Virus record (IMG/VR): IMGVR_UViG_3300050014_000073
Span: 19,141-83,140 of that record
Length of the DNA stretch: 64,000 nucleotides
From: a virus
Reading direction: 5' to 3' (one strand)
Shown here in pieces: positions 17,734 through 27,904 of this stretch. How positions within the stretch are numbered: position 1 is the first letter of the stretch; each line of letters opens with the position of its first letter. The notes beneath the pieces are model-generated. The model saw only the letters and a list, made by a program, of their open reading frames with translations. It ran no database searches and was not told the DNA's origin. Position numbers and translations under genes: made by a program.

Positions 17734-18390
17734 TCAGGTTATGAGAAATTGGAAAGACGATCCAAAGGCAGTTGAGGCAGTTGAGTATCTTCTGGGCATC
17801 GGAATGAATGCGGACGAGTTCCTTCAAGCAGATATAGAAGAGAGCAGTGATTTGGAATCTGATGATGCCGATCCGGAAGTAGAAAGCCGTATTCATGAGG
17901 TTGTTGAGGAATAGTATGCCTATCCGTCAATGCAAGAACGGCCACCTGACAGGCTTTCGAAACTGTTCACTATGCGGCAGCAAGCAGACTCGTGATGTAG
18001 CGTGGAAGGCAGTTGCATCTCCTGATGTTGAGGAAGTTGCATCTCCTGCTGCAGAAGTGAAGCCTCTTCACGTTTCGTTCCTCAATCAGTTCCGGGTTTG
18101 GAGAGAGAAGCATCGGAAGGCTGTTCAGCTTCGATTGCGTACTGCACGTTGGGGATTCAAGGTGCACGAGAGGATATGAGCAGTGAAAGGCAGAGACAAG
18201 AGGCGAAGAGCCCAGTCGCGAAGGCGGACAGCTTTGGAGCACCGCTATACGACGAGCAATACGACTACTGGCTCCTCAAGTCTTACAGCAATCCCCGAAA
18301 TGGTCTCTGGATCAGAATTGAGCTGGTCCGAGCAATTCGAGACACAGGCCAATCCAGAAAGTCCGATCTTTTTGGAGGGGGTGGAATGAA

Positions 18391-18654
18391 ATGAGCACTC
18401 ACGTTGTTATCATCGACCGTGACAGCTTCACTCCTCGGCATCTGGAAGCACCGAATCAGTTCATCATTGAAGTCAACTCCCAAGGCTTCAACGCATACCA
18501 GACTACGAGCAAAGGCGAGCGTGAACTGATAGCAACTAGTGCCTCCGTTCTCACGTTTGCTGCAGTCATGGCGAGGATTATCCATGACGCAGGCTTTGCT
18601 GAGCAAGTTCACTTCCTGGCCGTGAAGCTGGACCCGATGGAGGTCAAGCCGTGA
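18391..18654 (+). CDS. hypothetical protein
   Basis: ATG ORF with stop/start overlap to the next gene. Confidence 0.5.
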   Translation: MSTHVVIIDRDSFTPRHLEAPNQFIIEVNSQGFNAYQTTSKGERELIATSASVLTFAAVMARIIHDAGFAEQVHFLAVKLDPMEVKP

Positions 18655-18926
18655 TCACGATTTGGAAATACCCTCTTCGTGTTCAATGTGAACAGAACAT
18701 TGATATGCCTGAAGGTGCTCAGGTCCTCTGCGTACAGAATCAAGGTCCTGTTCATACACCTCTTCCTTTCCTTTGGGCGAAGGTTAACACTGAGAAGAAA
18801 CTCGTTCCGAAAAAGATCTTGATTCGGGGAACAGGACACCCATTGGAAGGGGACGCGCATTATATAGGAACGTTCCAGATAGATGGAGGAGATCTTGTCT
18901 TCCACGTCTTCGAGAGGTTTCTATGA
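18651..18926 (+). CDS. conserved small phage protein
   Basis: TIWKYPL...MPEGAQVLCVQ.Q...LWAKV...GTGHP...YIGTFQ...LVFHVFE is a pattern common in phage proteins. Confidence 0.65.
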   Translation: MITIWKYPLRVQCEQNIDMPEGAQVLCVQNQGPVHTPLPFLWAKVNTEKKLVPKKILIRGTGHPLEGDAHYIGTFQIDGGDLVFHVFERFL

Positions 18927-19237
18927 TCATTCGTGCTCTCGATCTTCAAGGAGTTCCAGTCCCGATGAAGGCTATGCGTCTTCATGGTATCTTTTCTTTA
19001 GAGGCACGATCTCATGAACATCTATACGTTGGTCCAATCGAGATCGAATCTGACGAAGAGTATGAACGGGAAGAAAGACAAGCATACGTTCCAATGGGGG
19101 TTTGCATCATGAACTGCCAGCCTCGAAAGAACTATAAGGAAGTTCCTCCCTGCGAGAAGTCAATCTCGTTGAAGGAGTACCTCCTGTGGTTCGGCTTCGT
19201 CGTACTCCTGGCAATCCTCAGTCGGTGGTGGAGTTAA
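18923..19237 (+). CDS. hypothetical protein with C-terminal TM helix
   Basis: YLLWFGFVVLLAILSRWW. Confidence 0.5.
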   Translation: MIIRALDLQGVPVPMKAMRLHGIFSLEARSHEHLYVGPIEIESDEEYEREERQAYVPMGVCIMNCQPRKNYKEVPPCEKSISLKEYLLWFGFVVLLAILSRWWS

Positions 19238-19454
19238 TGACTGCAATCCTCGAACGCCTGAACCGCTGGGTCCAAGCTCTTCCCAGCAATGATTCAATAC
19301 CTGTAACGCATCGGGAAGCTGATATCCTGGCAGAAGGCCTCTCAAAGAACTCTTTCTACTTCAAGATGTCAAACGCGAGTTCTGATCCTCACGTCCTCCG
19401 CAACTCCCTCCAGAAGGGAACATTCCGGTTCTGTAATCATAAGGTGTTCGTGCT

Positions 19455-19721
19455 ATGATGACCCCTCACAATTCAAAAGCAATCCAAGAGATGATCGCAG
19501 TCGGCGTCATTCCCCAAAACTGCCAGAAGTTTGAGATGCTATCCGACGCCGAAGGAGCTGTTCTGTTCAAGTACGAAGTCTTTGCTACCGAGGAACAGGT
19601 TCAGCAGATTGCCGATGCTCTTAAACGGAATCCAGAAGAAGCTCAGCGGATTACCAGAACAGTGTTGTTCGGGGTAAATGACAAGGACAGTTCCCCTACA
19701 GCTAAAGTAGAACTTCCATAA
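19455..19721 (+). CDS. hypothetical protein flanked by 17-bp direct repeats
   Basis: CATAAGGTGTTCGTGCT at 19438-19454 and 19717-19733. Confidence 0.55.
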   Translation: MMTPHNSKAIQEMIAVGVIPQNCQKFEMLSDAEGAVLFKYEVFATEEQVQQIADALKRNPEEAQRITRTVLFGVNDKDSSPTAKVELP

Positions 19722-19809
19722 GGTGTTCGTGCTGTGATTGATATCGTTCAGTCGCTGCCCGCGCGAGCAGCGTGGATTGAAACAACCCTTACCTCCTATT
19801 AAAATTCCA

Positions 19810-20166
19810 ATGGCACAAGGAAGTCAGTATCACGTCAACGCCCGGGATAAAGACCGGGTCCAGTGTATGGCAGAGGGCGGAGTTCCAGAGACTCGGATTG
19901 CAGAAATCCTCGACATGGCTCCGAAGACCCTACGCAAGTATTACGGAAAGCTCATCAAGGATTGTTTGGACGAAACCGTAGGCAAGATTGGTCACTCGAT
20001 TGTCCAGAGAGCCTTAGATCTGAACTGCCGTGACGGGGCTTCCTGTGCAATGTTCTATCTCAAGACCCGAGGCAACAAGTACGGATGGTCCGAGAAGATT
20101 GGGTTTGATGACGCAGCTGCTAGCTTGATTAAGCGGGTCATTGGCGTGAAAGACGACGAAATCTGA
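19810..20166 (+). CDS. terminase small subunit (HTH)
   Basis: GVPETRIAEILDMAPKTLRKYY HTH and AMFYLKTRG..YGWSEK signature; upstream of TerL. Confidence 0.8.
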   Translation: MAQGSQYHVNARDKDRVQCMAEGGVPETRIAEILDMAPKTLRKYYGKLIKDCLDETVGKIGHSIVQRALDLNCRDGASCAMFYLKTRGNKYGWSEKIGFDDAAASLIKRVIGVKDDEI

Positions 20167-20183
20167 TCCAGGTTGGAAACCCT

Positions 20184-20576
20184 TTGCGTGAACATCGTGT
20201 TACTCACCCAACGTTCGGAGTTGTTACCTGGTTCGAAATCAAAGCTGGAACTGCTTCTCTTACCAAGTCTCTCAAAAAGCGGATTTGTAGCTGGTGCCTT
20301 AAGGAAGTTCATGGGTCTCGCCGGACACGTTGTGGAAGTAAGGAATGCGATGAGGCCTTGCACCGTGCGCAGCGTTATTCATATTGTCGAGGCATTCAGC
20401 TTCGTGAACACCGATTCTGCGAGTGTGGAGTACGCGGATCTGAAGTTGACCACGTTGTTCCAGTCAGTCTTGGTGGAACTGGTGACAAGAGCAACCTCCG
20501 TACTTTGTGTCGTGCCTGCCATAAGGTTGCAACTGCTTTGCTTCGCGCAATGAAATCCAAGTACAAGGCTATATAA
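20184..20576 (+). CDS. HNH endonuclease
   Basis: CECG...EVDHVVPVSLGG...SNLRTLCRACH; lies between TerS and TerL. Confidence 0.9.
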   Translation: MREHRVTHPTFGVVTWFEIKAGTASLTKSLKKRICSWCLKEVHGSRRTRCGSKECDEALHRAQRYSYCRGIQLREHRFCECGVRGSEVDHVVPVSLGGTGDKSNLRTLCRACHKVATALLRAMKSKYKAI

Positions 20577-20580
20577 AGCA

Positions 20581-22119
20581 GTGGCTGCTCTCGCTCAACC
20601 TCCGATCAAGAAGCAAAAGTGGATACCGAGGAAGGAATTTCTCAAGCAGATCCACGACCCTGCTTTTCAAGCACCTAAGGTTCAGTACATCGACTACGAA
20701 CCGAGGGGCAACGTCAAGGAGATGTTCCGTCATAAGGAACGTGAGATTATCCTTGCAGGTCCGGCTGGAACAGGTAAGAGCCGAGGGGCTCTTGAGAAGC
20801 TTCATTGGATTTGTGAGAAGTATCCTCGCGCTCGCTGCCTCATGCTGCGCAAGACTCGTCGCAGTTTGACGCAGTCGGGTATTATTACGTATGAGCAGCG
20901 TGTTCTTCCCGCTCCCAACTACGTTCCGTTCCACGGTGGCGAACAAGCCTACATCTATCCGAACGGGAGCATCCTAGCAGTAGGAGGCCTTGACGATCCG
21001 AACAAGCTGTTCTCTTCGGATTGGGATGTCATCTTCGTCCAACAGACTGAGGAGTTGAACTTAGGGGAATGGGAGAGCTTGCTCCGGTCTCTTCGTTCAT
21101 GGAAGGTTCCATATCAGCAGGTCATTGGTGACTGTAACCCTGGGCCTCCTACCCATTGGATTCTGTCCCGCAAGTCAGCGGGGTCCTGTACCTTTTTAGA
21201 GACGCGTCATGAAGACAATCCGGAACTGTGGAACGGCTACTGCCCGATGCACGGGAAGATCGAACCGGAGTGGACCTGTCGAGGACGCGAATACATCTCG
21301 GTGCTTGACGCCTATACAGGAGTCCGGTTCCTTCGTCTCCGCAAAGGGATCTGGGCAGCTGCTGAAGGGATTGTCTATGAAGACGTCTGGGATGTAGCGG
21401 TTCACGTCATTGATCGCTTTGTCACAACTCCTTTAGATAAGGACCAGGTTCCTAAGAGCTGGCCACGCTATTGGGGCGTTGACTTTGGCTATACGAACCC
21501 CTTCGTCTGGAGCGCCTTTGCGGAAGACCCTGACGGACGTCTGTTCCGGTACAAAGAGATCTACCGGACGAAGACTCTTGTTGAGGACCATGCCAAGCGG
21601 ATTCTAGAAGTGACGCAGGACGAACCTAAGCCTCAGTGGATTGTCTGCGATACGGATGCTGAAGACCGCGCTACTTTAGAGAAGCATCTTGGGATGAAGA
21701 CAGTCGGAGCTTGGAAGTCCGTCAGTCCTGGAATCCAGGCGGTCTCAACGCGCCTCAAGATTGCCGGCGACGGGAAGCCTCGGTTGTTCTATCTTAAGAA
21801 CTCTGTCGTGGACGTTGATCCTTTGCTCCTGGCGGAACATAAGCCAACTTGCACTGAAGAAGAGTACCCAGTATATGTTTGGGACACATCGAACAACCGG
21901 AAGCGCGGTGAAGAGCCTGTAAAGGAATTTGACCACGGGCAAGACTTGAGCCGGTACGTCATAACTAAAAAAGATGACACTTCCGGCAAGAAGCCGAAGT
22001 TCTTTGCGATTGGTTCCGTGACGAAGACGGGTGGTTCAGGAGAAGGTGGCAGCTTGGCTCGTCCTTCGCCTTGGAGAATGGGTGGAGGAATCGGATTGGG
22101 AACGCGGTGGGGACAGTGA
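20581..22119 (+). CDS. terminase large subunit (PBSX-like)
   Basis: GPAGTGKS Walker A, DCNP..P.HWI, nuclease GVDFGYTNPF and DHGQDLSRY. Confidence 0.93.
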   Translation: MAALAQPPIKKQKWIPRKEFLKQIHDPAFQAPKVQYIDYEPRGNVKEMFRHKEREIILAGPAGTGKSRGALEKLHWICEKYPRARCLMLRKTRRSLTQSGIITYEQRVLPAPNYVPFHGGEQAYIYPNGSILAVGGLDDPNKLFSSDWDVIFVQQTEELNLGEWESLLRSLRSWKVPYQQVIGDCNPGPPTHWILSRKSAGSCTFLETRHEDNPELWNGYCPMHGKIEPEWTCRGREYISVLDAYTGVRFLRLRKGIWAAAEGIVYEDVWDVAVHVIDRFVTTPLDKDQVPKSWPRYWGVDFGYTNPFVWSAFAEDPDGRLFRYKEIYRTKTLVEDHAKRILEVTQDEPKPQWIVCDTDAEDRATLEKHLGMKTVGAWKSVSPGIQAVSTRLKIAGDGKPRLFYLKNSVVDVDPLLLAEHKPTCTEEEYPVYVWDTSNNRKRGEEPVKEFDHGQDLSRYVITKKDDTSGKKPKFFAIGSVTKTGGSGEGGSLARPSPWRMGGGIGLGTRWGQ

Positions 22120-22226
22120 ACGAGCAGAACCGCTTCCATAAGCATCATCGCGCCGTTCGGTTCTGTCTTCGTGTTATGGTTATCAGTCATCATCATTTCT
22201 GGGAAGAAAACAAAAGGAGAAAGCAT

Positions 22227-22544
22227 ATGAACAACTACAACGATGGACAGAATCTTTTGATCCAAGTGGTCAATGTCGTCGATGTTTTCGGGCAACCGGC
22301 AGTATTGACTGTGGTCCCGTTCTGGAGTACTTCAGATGCAACGGTCTTCAATCCAGTTGCTGCTGCTGACGGTTTGTCAGCAACGGGAGTTGCCTTGAAG
22401 ACCGGAACAGTGACTATCACTGCAACGACAACCGATCAGGGATCAGCGTCGGTTACGCTTCCTGTTGGAGCGGGCCAAGCGGTCAGTTTCCAGCTCCAGG
22501 TTAGTATAGTACCAGTGGCAACTACTCTCAATCCGATTGCCTAG
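22227..22544 (+). CDS. small Ig-like domain protein
   Basis: WSTSDATV..VAAADGLSATGVALKTGTVTITAT resembles a Big_2-like domain; AGGAG RBS. Confidence 0.6.
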   Translation: MNNYNDGQNLLIQVVNVVDVFGQPAVLTVVPFWSTSDATVFNPVAAADGLSATGVALKTGTVTITATTTDQGSASVTLPVGAGQAVSFQLQVSIVPVATTLNPIA

Positions 22545-22644
22545 ACCCTAAACCTGATCGCTACGGGTCGCTAGGACAGTCTGTAGACTCTGGATAGGTA
22601 CTTTTCTACGCCATAGTCAACGCTAGCCTTAAACGGTCTCTAAT

Positions 22645-22971
22645 ATGGGGACTTCATCCACTAACAAAGGACCTGTCGCGGACGCCAAAGTCCCAATCGT
22701 TCCGGGCGTCTATCCTGTAAAGGATCTGATGCAGCGGATCGAGGAGACTAAAGAATCCAAGACTCCTTCCCCACCAATGTCAATGAAGTCCTCTCCACTT
22801 GCTGTGAAGTCTGCTTGGTACGAGATGGACTATCTTGTCAAGTATCGCGATCCGCTGCTGGCAGTTGGATTCGGATTGGTAGTTGTGGGAATCTTTCGTA
22901 TCTATGTTCCAGCGGGGTTTGTGGTTCTGGGGCTAGGACTGACGGCAGCAAGTTTGTTCCTGTCGAAGTAG
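22645..22971 (+). CDS. membrane protein (2 TM)
   Basis: DPLLAVGFGLVVVGIFRIYVPAGFVVLGLGL. Confidence 0.6.
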   Translation: MGTSSTNKGPVADAKVPIVPGVYPVKDLMQRIEETKESKTPSPPMSMKSSPLAVKSAWYEMDYLVKYRDPLLAVGFGLVVVGIFRIYVPAGFVVLGLGLTAASLFLSK

Positions 22972-22978
22972 AGGAGAA

Positions 22979-23332
22979 ATGAAAATGAAACTTCGTTCAA
23001 TCTTGTTGGTTCTGTTCCTGAGCATTGCAAGCGCCCAGGGACTTCTTGCTCCTGTCAGTATCCCGGACATCTCGGGGACGGGATCAGCCGTTGCAATCGC
23101 AGCGTCAGGAACAGTAGTCCGCTTCTGTCAGCTCGTTGCTCCTTCGACGAACACGAACAACGTTCGTTGGGGAGACTCAGCGATTACGACGTCACGAGGA
23201 TCAATCATTGCTCCTGGAGGAGGACAGTTCATTCCTCCTGGCGGAGTTGGTTCTCCTTACACGATTGACCTTGGTCATTGGTACGTTCTGGTTCAGTCAG
23301 GCGACTATCTGACAGAGACTTGCGCGAAGTAA
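22979..23332 (+). CDS. exported beta-rich protein with signal peptide
   Basis: MKMKLRSILLVLFLSIASA|Q. Confidence 0.6.
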   Translation: MKMKLRSILLVLFLSIASAQGLLAPVSIPDISGTGSAVAIAASGTVVRFCQLVAPSTNTNNVRWGDSAITTSRGSIIAPGGGQFIPPGGVGSPYTIDLGHWYVLVQSGDYLTETCAK

Positions 23333-23345
23333 GGAGAGTACTACA

Positions 23346-24863
23346 ATGAAACGACTTCTTCTTCTTGTACTTCTTCCACTCGGACTATTTGCGCAGTACG
23401 TGCCGGGGAGCAGATCGTTCACCGCGCTCACTGGCGGTGCTACCAGCACGGCCACGGGCGGCGCAACCACGATCAACGGCCTGTACGTGGTCACCGACAC
23501 TGGAACGGCCAACACCTACACGTCGGCAGTGGACGCGAGCGCCCCGGCCCTAGCAGACGGCATTCTCATCGACTTCGTGGCTGTTCATGCGAGCACCGGA
23601 GCCTCCACGTTTGCGTATCAGGGTGGGTCGGCCCGAGCCATTGTGGACCAGACCGAAACCGCGCTTACGTCGGGTATGATTCCAGTGGGGCACGTCTTAC
23701 TGAAATACAAGGCGACGGGAACGAAGTGGATCTTGCTCGACGCATTGAATCAAAGTACGACCGCCAACGCGGGGACGGCCACGACAGCGGCGAACCTCAG
23801 CGGAACGCCTGCCTTACCCAATGGGACCACTGCGACCACACAATCTCAGGCAGACGGCACGACCAAGCTGGCGACCACGGCCTATGTGGATACTGGATTG
23901 GGCGGCAAGGCCGCGTCGGGTGCTTCCACGTCCGTCAATTCTCAAACATGCGCACTCGGCGGATCTTGCACCGTGACCGTTACACCGACCGGGGCTGGAC
24001 TCAGCAACGTCACCAACGATACCCAAACCAAAGCGGCAGTCGTGCCTAACACCGCGCCATCTGCTGGGCAGATTCTTGTGGGCAACGCGGGCGGGTCGGC
24101 CTACGCTCCTGTGTCGGTGAGTGGATGCACTCTCACAAGTACCGGGGAGCTGTCATGTAGCGGTTTGCAATGCCTCGACACCGGCGCGGTTAACGCGATC
24201 ACCTGCACTCAGGCGGGCGTGACAGCTTACGCTGCCGGGCTCCAACTGACCGTTACCCCCTTGCATACAAATACCGGCGCAGCCACTTTGACTGTGAACT
24301 CGCTGGCATCTTTACCCGTGCAGCGCAATGGGGCGGCGTTGACAGGTGGCGACTACCTGATCGGCCAGCCGGTCACAGTTATCTGCGGTCTGACGGCGTG
24401 CCAGATAGGGGGATCTGGCCCGTGGTCCGACGATGGCTCGACGATCAGCGCGGCGAGTGGGAGGAGCGTAGCGATACCGACTGCGTTGCCTGGAGCGTTG
24501 CCCACAACGACGGGAGGCAGCGGAGTGCTTGTCCCGGTTCTGATCTCCACCTCTGGGCCTGTATCGCCCGTCGCCACGGGTTTTTACATCAACAACGCGA
24601 GCAGGGCGCTCACCTACACACTGCCCGCCATCACATCGGCTAACGTCGGCCTTCAGGTTTGCGTCCGCAACGCTGTCACCAAGACGGGCGCAATCACGCT
24701 TACAGCACCAGCATCCACGTATATTGACGTTTCCGGTGCGGTGGGCAGCGCAGCGGGAACGCTGGTAAGCGGTGGCGCGCTGGGGGATGCAGCGTGTGTG
24801 GTGGCGGTTGATACGACGCATTACTACGCTTTTATCGGCGTGGGGACTTGGAATAATAACTAG
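23346..24863 (+). CDS. fibre-like Gly/Thr/Ala-rich protein with signal peptide
   Basis: MKRLLLLVLLPLGLFA|Q; two copies of the tail-fibre-type module DTG..N...G......H..TGA.T; ATTQSQADGTTKLATTAYV fibre repeat. Confidence 0.7.
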   Translation: MKRLLLLVLLPLGLFAQYVPGSRSFTALTGGATSTATGGATTINGLYVVTDTGTANTYTSAVDASAPALADGILIDFVAVHASTGASTFAYQGGSARAIVDQTETALTSGMIPVGHVLLKYKATGTKWILLDALNQSTTANAGTATTAANLSGTPALPNGTTATTQSQADGTTKLATTAYVDTGLGGKAASGASTSVNSQTCALGGSCTVTVTPTGAGLSNVTNDTQTKAAVVPNTAPSAGQILVGNAGGSAYAPVSVSGCTLTSTGELSCSGLQCLDTGAVNAITCTQAGVTAYAAGLQLTVTPLHTNTGAATLTVNSLASLPVQRNGAALTGGDYLIGQPVTVICGLTACQIGGSGPWSDDGSTISAASGRSVAIPTALPGALPTTTGGSGVLVPVLISTSGPVSPVATGFYINNASRALTYTLPAITSANVGLQVCVRNAVTKTGAITLTAPASTYIDVSGAVGSAAGTLVSGGALGDAACVVAVDTTHYYAFIGVGTWNNN

Positions 24864-24865
24864 CC

Positions 24866-27211
24866 ATGCGAAAACTCTCTATTCTCACTCTGCTGGTGTT
24901 AGCCGGATCTCTCGCCGCGCAGATCCTTGCACCGATTGTGGCCGGCGGCCCTCAGTGCTGCACCTACTATATCTCAAACACAGGCTCTGACTCAGCCAAC
25001 GGCCTCACGCCTACAACTGCAAAGCAAACTATCGCAGCGGTCAATGCACTTACACTCTTGCCAGGTCAGTCGGTCGGTTTCAAGCGCGGCGGCACGTGGC
25101 GCGAGACGCTGACGCCGGGGCAGAGCGGCGCGGCGGGGAGCCCGATCACGTTCGGGTCGTATGGGAGCGGAGCGCAGCCAATCATCAACGGGGCGGACGT
25201 ATTTACTCCCTGGACTTCTCAGGCAGTTGGCGCTAGCGGTAATGTAGCTAAGGCCGACATGAGGTTGAGTACAATCTCAGGGACGGCGTTCGTGGATTTT
25301 GGCGCGGCGGGCTCCCTGACTCCATACCTGGGATCTACATTGGTAATCACTGACAGCGCAGGAAAACATCTTACGGGCTACATTAAAGCCGCTGGGTCAA
25401 GTGAGACCCTTGGCACAACCGAGTACGTCCCCAATACCGCGTTTTCCAACACGTCTAATGTCTGGACAAGCAACGCCAACATGGCAACCTCAAGCGGTAC
25501 GGGTTACGGCGGCAGCAACGCCCTTCAGGTAACCACCACGGCCGGATTTGGGTCTGCCCATGAGAGCTTGACTACCTCGGCGGGAATGTTGATAAAGAGT
25601 TCTGCGTACCTGAAAGTGGGGACTGGATCAAGCGGCCAAAAACTTGAAATCACTGATACCGCATACGGATCTCTTGCGGTGACTGCTTGGGTTGCTCCCG
25701 CCAACTGGACACAGTACGTTCTCTACGCTACCTCGGGAGTAACGAACCAAGTCGGCAATCAGTATTACTCCAACTACAACAACGGTACGATGTCGCAGTA
25801 CTCGGTGCCAAGTAGCAAACAGGTTATCACACCGAGCGCCACGGGCGTGACGATTACTTCTACTGCGGGCGGCTCTACCTATGCGTGGGCATCAGAGGAA
25901 TCGGGGTTTAATCGCAACGACACAACCTATTCGTATGCGATCACCAGCAGCACGGTCTATTACATTTCCTACACGACGGCCCCAACGCAAGTCTTTGAGG
26001 ACGGCAGTCGCCTATCTCAGAATGTGACTTCTTACGCTTCCCTTGTGCCTGGACAATGGTATCTGGATATGGTAGCCACCAAGATTTGGGTACGGCTGAC
26101 CGGAGACGATGCCCCATCTAACGGGCACACCATTCAGGCCAGCCAGCGGGCAATGGCTATTGACATTGGCGATGGCAACGCCTACGCGGGGGTGAGCTAC
26201 ATCACCGTGCAGGGAATCCATGCCACAATGTCAAACGGCGGCTATGGCAACATTGGGCTGGTTCACGCCGCGACGAACCACGTAATTATATCCGGGGTAA
26301 CATCCGACTACAGCGCCAATGACGGGATCAAGATAAGCTCCACGGTTGAGGGCGGGGATATCAACATCACCGGCAATGTCAGCAACAATAACCTGGGCAT
26401 CGGGGTCAGCACTAATCAGTACTCGGGGGCATCGCTTGGGCACGAAGTCTACATTCAGTACAACAATGTTTCCGCCAATCAAGCGGATGGCATCGAAACC
26501 TATGGGAATTACGCGATCATTCAGTACAACACCGTCCACGATAGCGGCACGACCTCGACCGACTGCATCGGCATTCACATTTATTCCGCGAGCGGTTCCG
26601 ATGGGCTTGGGCAACACAACATTATTCGATACAATACGGTCTACAATCAGATGTCAAACGGTTTCGATGGTTCCGGCATAGAGACTGACCACTACGCGGC
26701 TAACAACTCACTGTATGGAAATGTGATTTACAACAACCAAGGTCCATGCATCGACCTGTGGGACAGTGCCTCTGTGCTGGTTTACAACAACACCTGCTAC
26801 GGAAATTTGCGGAACCCGGCTTTCCCCGGAGGGCACGGCGAAATCGTCCTCGGTCAAGCTCTAGGGCTGACTAACAACATCACGGTGGAGAACAATATCA
26901 CCTACCCCACAAGCTCAGGCGCGTATTCGATTTACATTGACGCGACGACGGCTGCAAAGACCCTGGCATTCGTCCACAATCTTTGGTACGATCCGTCAAA
27001 CTCGGATTGGTGGTATGCGGGGTCTGCCGGGAGTACGCTCGCGGCGTGGAACTCCCAAACATTCGCAGGGTCGGACTTGTATGGTAACCCGCTGATGGTC
27101 GCTCCCGCTAGTGCAAACTTCCTGCTACAGCCCACTTCCCCGGCCCTAGCCGCTGGTGTCTTCATCCCCGGCGTGAGCACGGCGAATCCGCCGAACATTG
27201 GAGCCAAATGA
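24866..27211 (+). CDS. exported right-handed parallel beta-helix (pectate-lyase-fold) protein
   Basis: Signal peptide; YYISNTGSDSANG....KQTI...FKRGGTWRETL; many Asn-rich repeats (YNTVHD, GNVIYNN, YNNTCYGN); FLLQPTSPA...NIGA tail. Confidence 0.85.
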   Translation: MRKLSILTLLVLAGSLAAQILAPIVAGGPQCCTYYISNTGSDSANGLTPTTAKQTIAAVNALTLLPGQSVGFKRGGTWRETLTPGQSGAAGSPITFGSYGSGAQPIINGADVFTPWTSQAVGASGNVAKADMRLSTISGTAFVDFGAAGSLTPYLGSTLVITDSAGKHLTGYIKAAGSSETLGTTEYVPNTAFSNTSNVWTSNANMATSSGTGYGGSNALQVTTTAGFGSAHESLTTSAGMLIKSSAYLKVGTGSSGQKLEITDTAYGSLAVTAWVAPANWTQYVLYATSGVTNQVGNQYYSNYNNGTMSQYSVPSSKQVITPSATGVTITSTAGGSTYAWASEESGFNRNDTTYSYAITSSTVYYISYTTAPTQVFEDGSRLSQNVTSYASLVPGQWYLDMVATKIWVRLTGDDAPSNGHTIQASQRAMAIDIGDGNAYAGVSYITVQGIHATMSNGGYGNIGLVHAATNHVIISGVTSDYSANDGIKISSTVEGGDINITGNVSNNNLGIGVSTNQYSGASLGHEVYIQYNNVSANQADGIETYGNYAIIQYNTVHDSGTTSTDCIGIHIYSASGSDGLGQHNIIRYNTVYNQMSNGFDGSGIETDHYAANNSLYGNVIYNNQGPCIDLWDSASVLVYNNTCYGNLRNPAFPGGHGEIVLGQALGLTNNITVENNITYPTSSGAYSIYIDATTAAKTLAFVHNLWYDPSNSDWWYAGSAGSTLAAWNSQTFAGSDLYGNPLMVAPASANFLLQPTSPALAAGVFIPGVSTANPPNIGAK

Positions 27212-27317
27212 AACCCCTTCTCATCCTCTTGCTCTGCGCTCCGGCGTGGGGCACAAACACCCAATCGCTGGCGGAAGCGGAGCAGCGGGCGGCAGATTTC
27301 GATGTAGCAGGAGACTT

Positions 27318-27455
27318 ATGAAACGATCCGTTATCTTCTTGGTATTCGCAGCAATCGCGGCGGGGAATCCGCGCCCGGCCTCCGGCTCTTGGGACATCGG
27401 GGCGTATCAGTACGTGGCCGCTCCAGCATCCAACCTGCTGGCGGTGAGGCGGTAA
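27318..27455 (+). pseudogene. deletion remnant: signal peptide fused to the C-terminal DIGAYQY tail of a beta-helix protein
   Basis: MKRSVIFLVFAAIAA|GNPRPASGSWDIGAYQY...; only 45 aa. Confidence 0.55.
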
Positions 27456-27497
27456 TGGCCCAAAACGACGCGGTGAGGATGGGCAGGGGTAAGCCCG

Positions 27498-27902
27498 GTG
27501 AAGCGTAGCGCACGGAAAGCCAAAATGATCGAATCCTCTGGTAGGTGTTTAATTGTGAAGTATAAGGTGGCAAAACAGATTTGCAATTTGGAGCAAAGAG
27601 TCAAAGAACTGGAGAATAAAATGGCAACATTTGCAGCAGACTTGGCGGCCTTGCAGGCTGTCGTGACGAAGATGACGGGCGACTTGACCGCGATTGCGTC
27701 AGGTATCTCAAACCTAGTAACGGAAGTAGCTACGCTTACCAGCGAACTGGCGTCGGGAAGCATTACTCCAGCTCAGCAAGATGCGCTGGACACGGTTACA
27801 GCATCCCTCGCCTCTCTGGGGGTGACTGCCGACGCCGCTGTAGCTAGTCTTCCAGCTTCCTCAGCTCCCCCAGTGCCTGCACCTCCCGCCCCGCCCGCTT
27901 AG
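27498..27902 (+). CDS. coiled-coil protein with Pro-rich tail
   Basis: LEQRVKELENKMATFAADLAALQAVV...PPVPAPPAPPA; start codon uncertain. Confidence 0.55.
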   Translation: MKRSARKAKMIESSGRCLIVKYKVAKQICNLEQRVKELENKMATFAADLAALQAVVTKMTGDLTAIASGISNLVTEVATLTSELASGSITPAQQDALDTVTASLASLGVTADAAVASLPASSAPPVPAPPAPPA

Positions 27903-27904
27903 GA

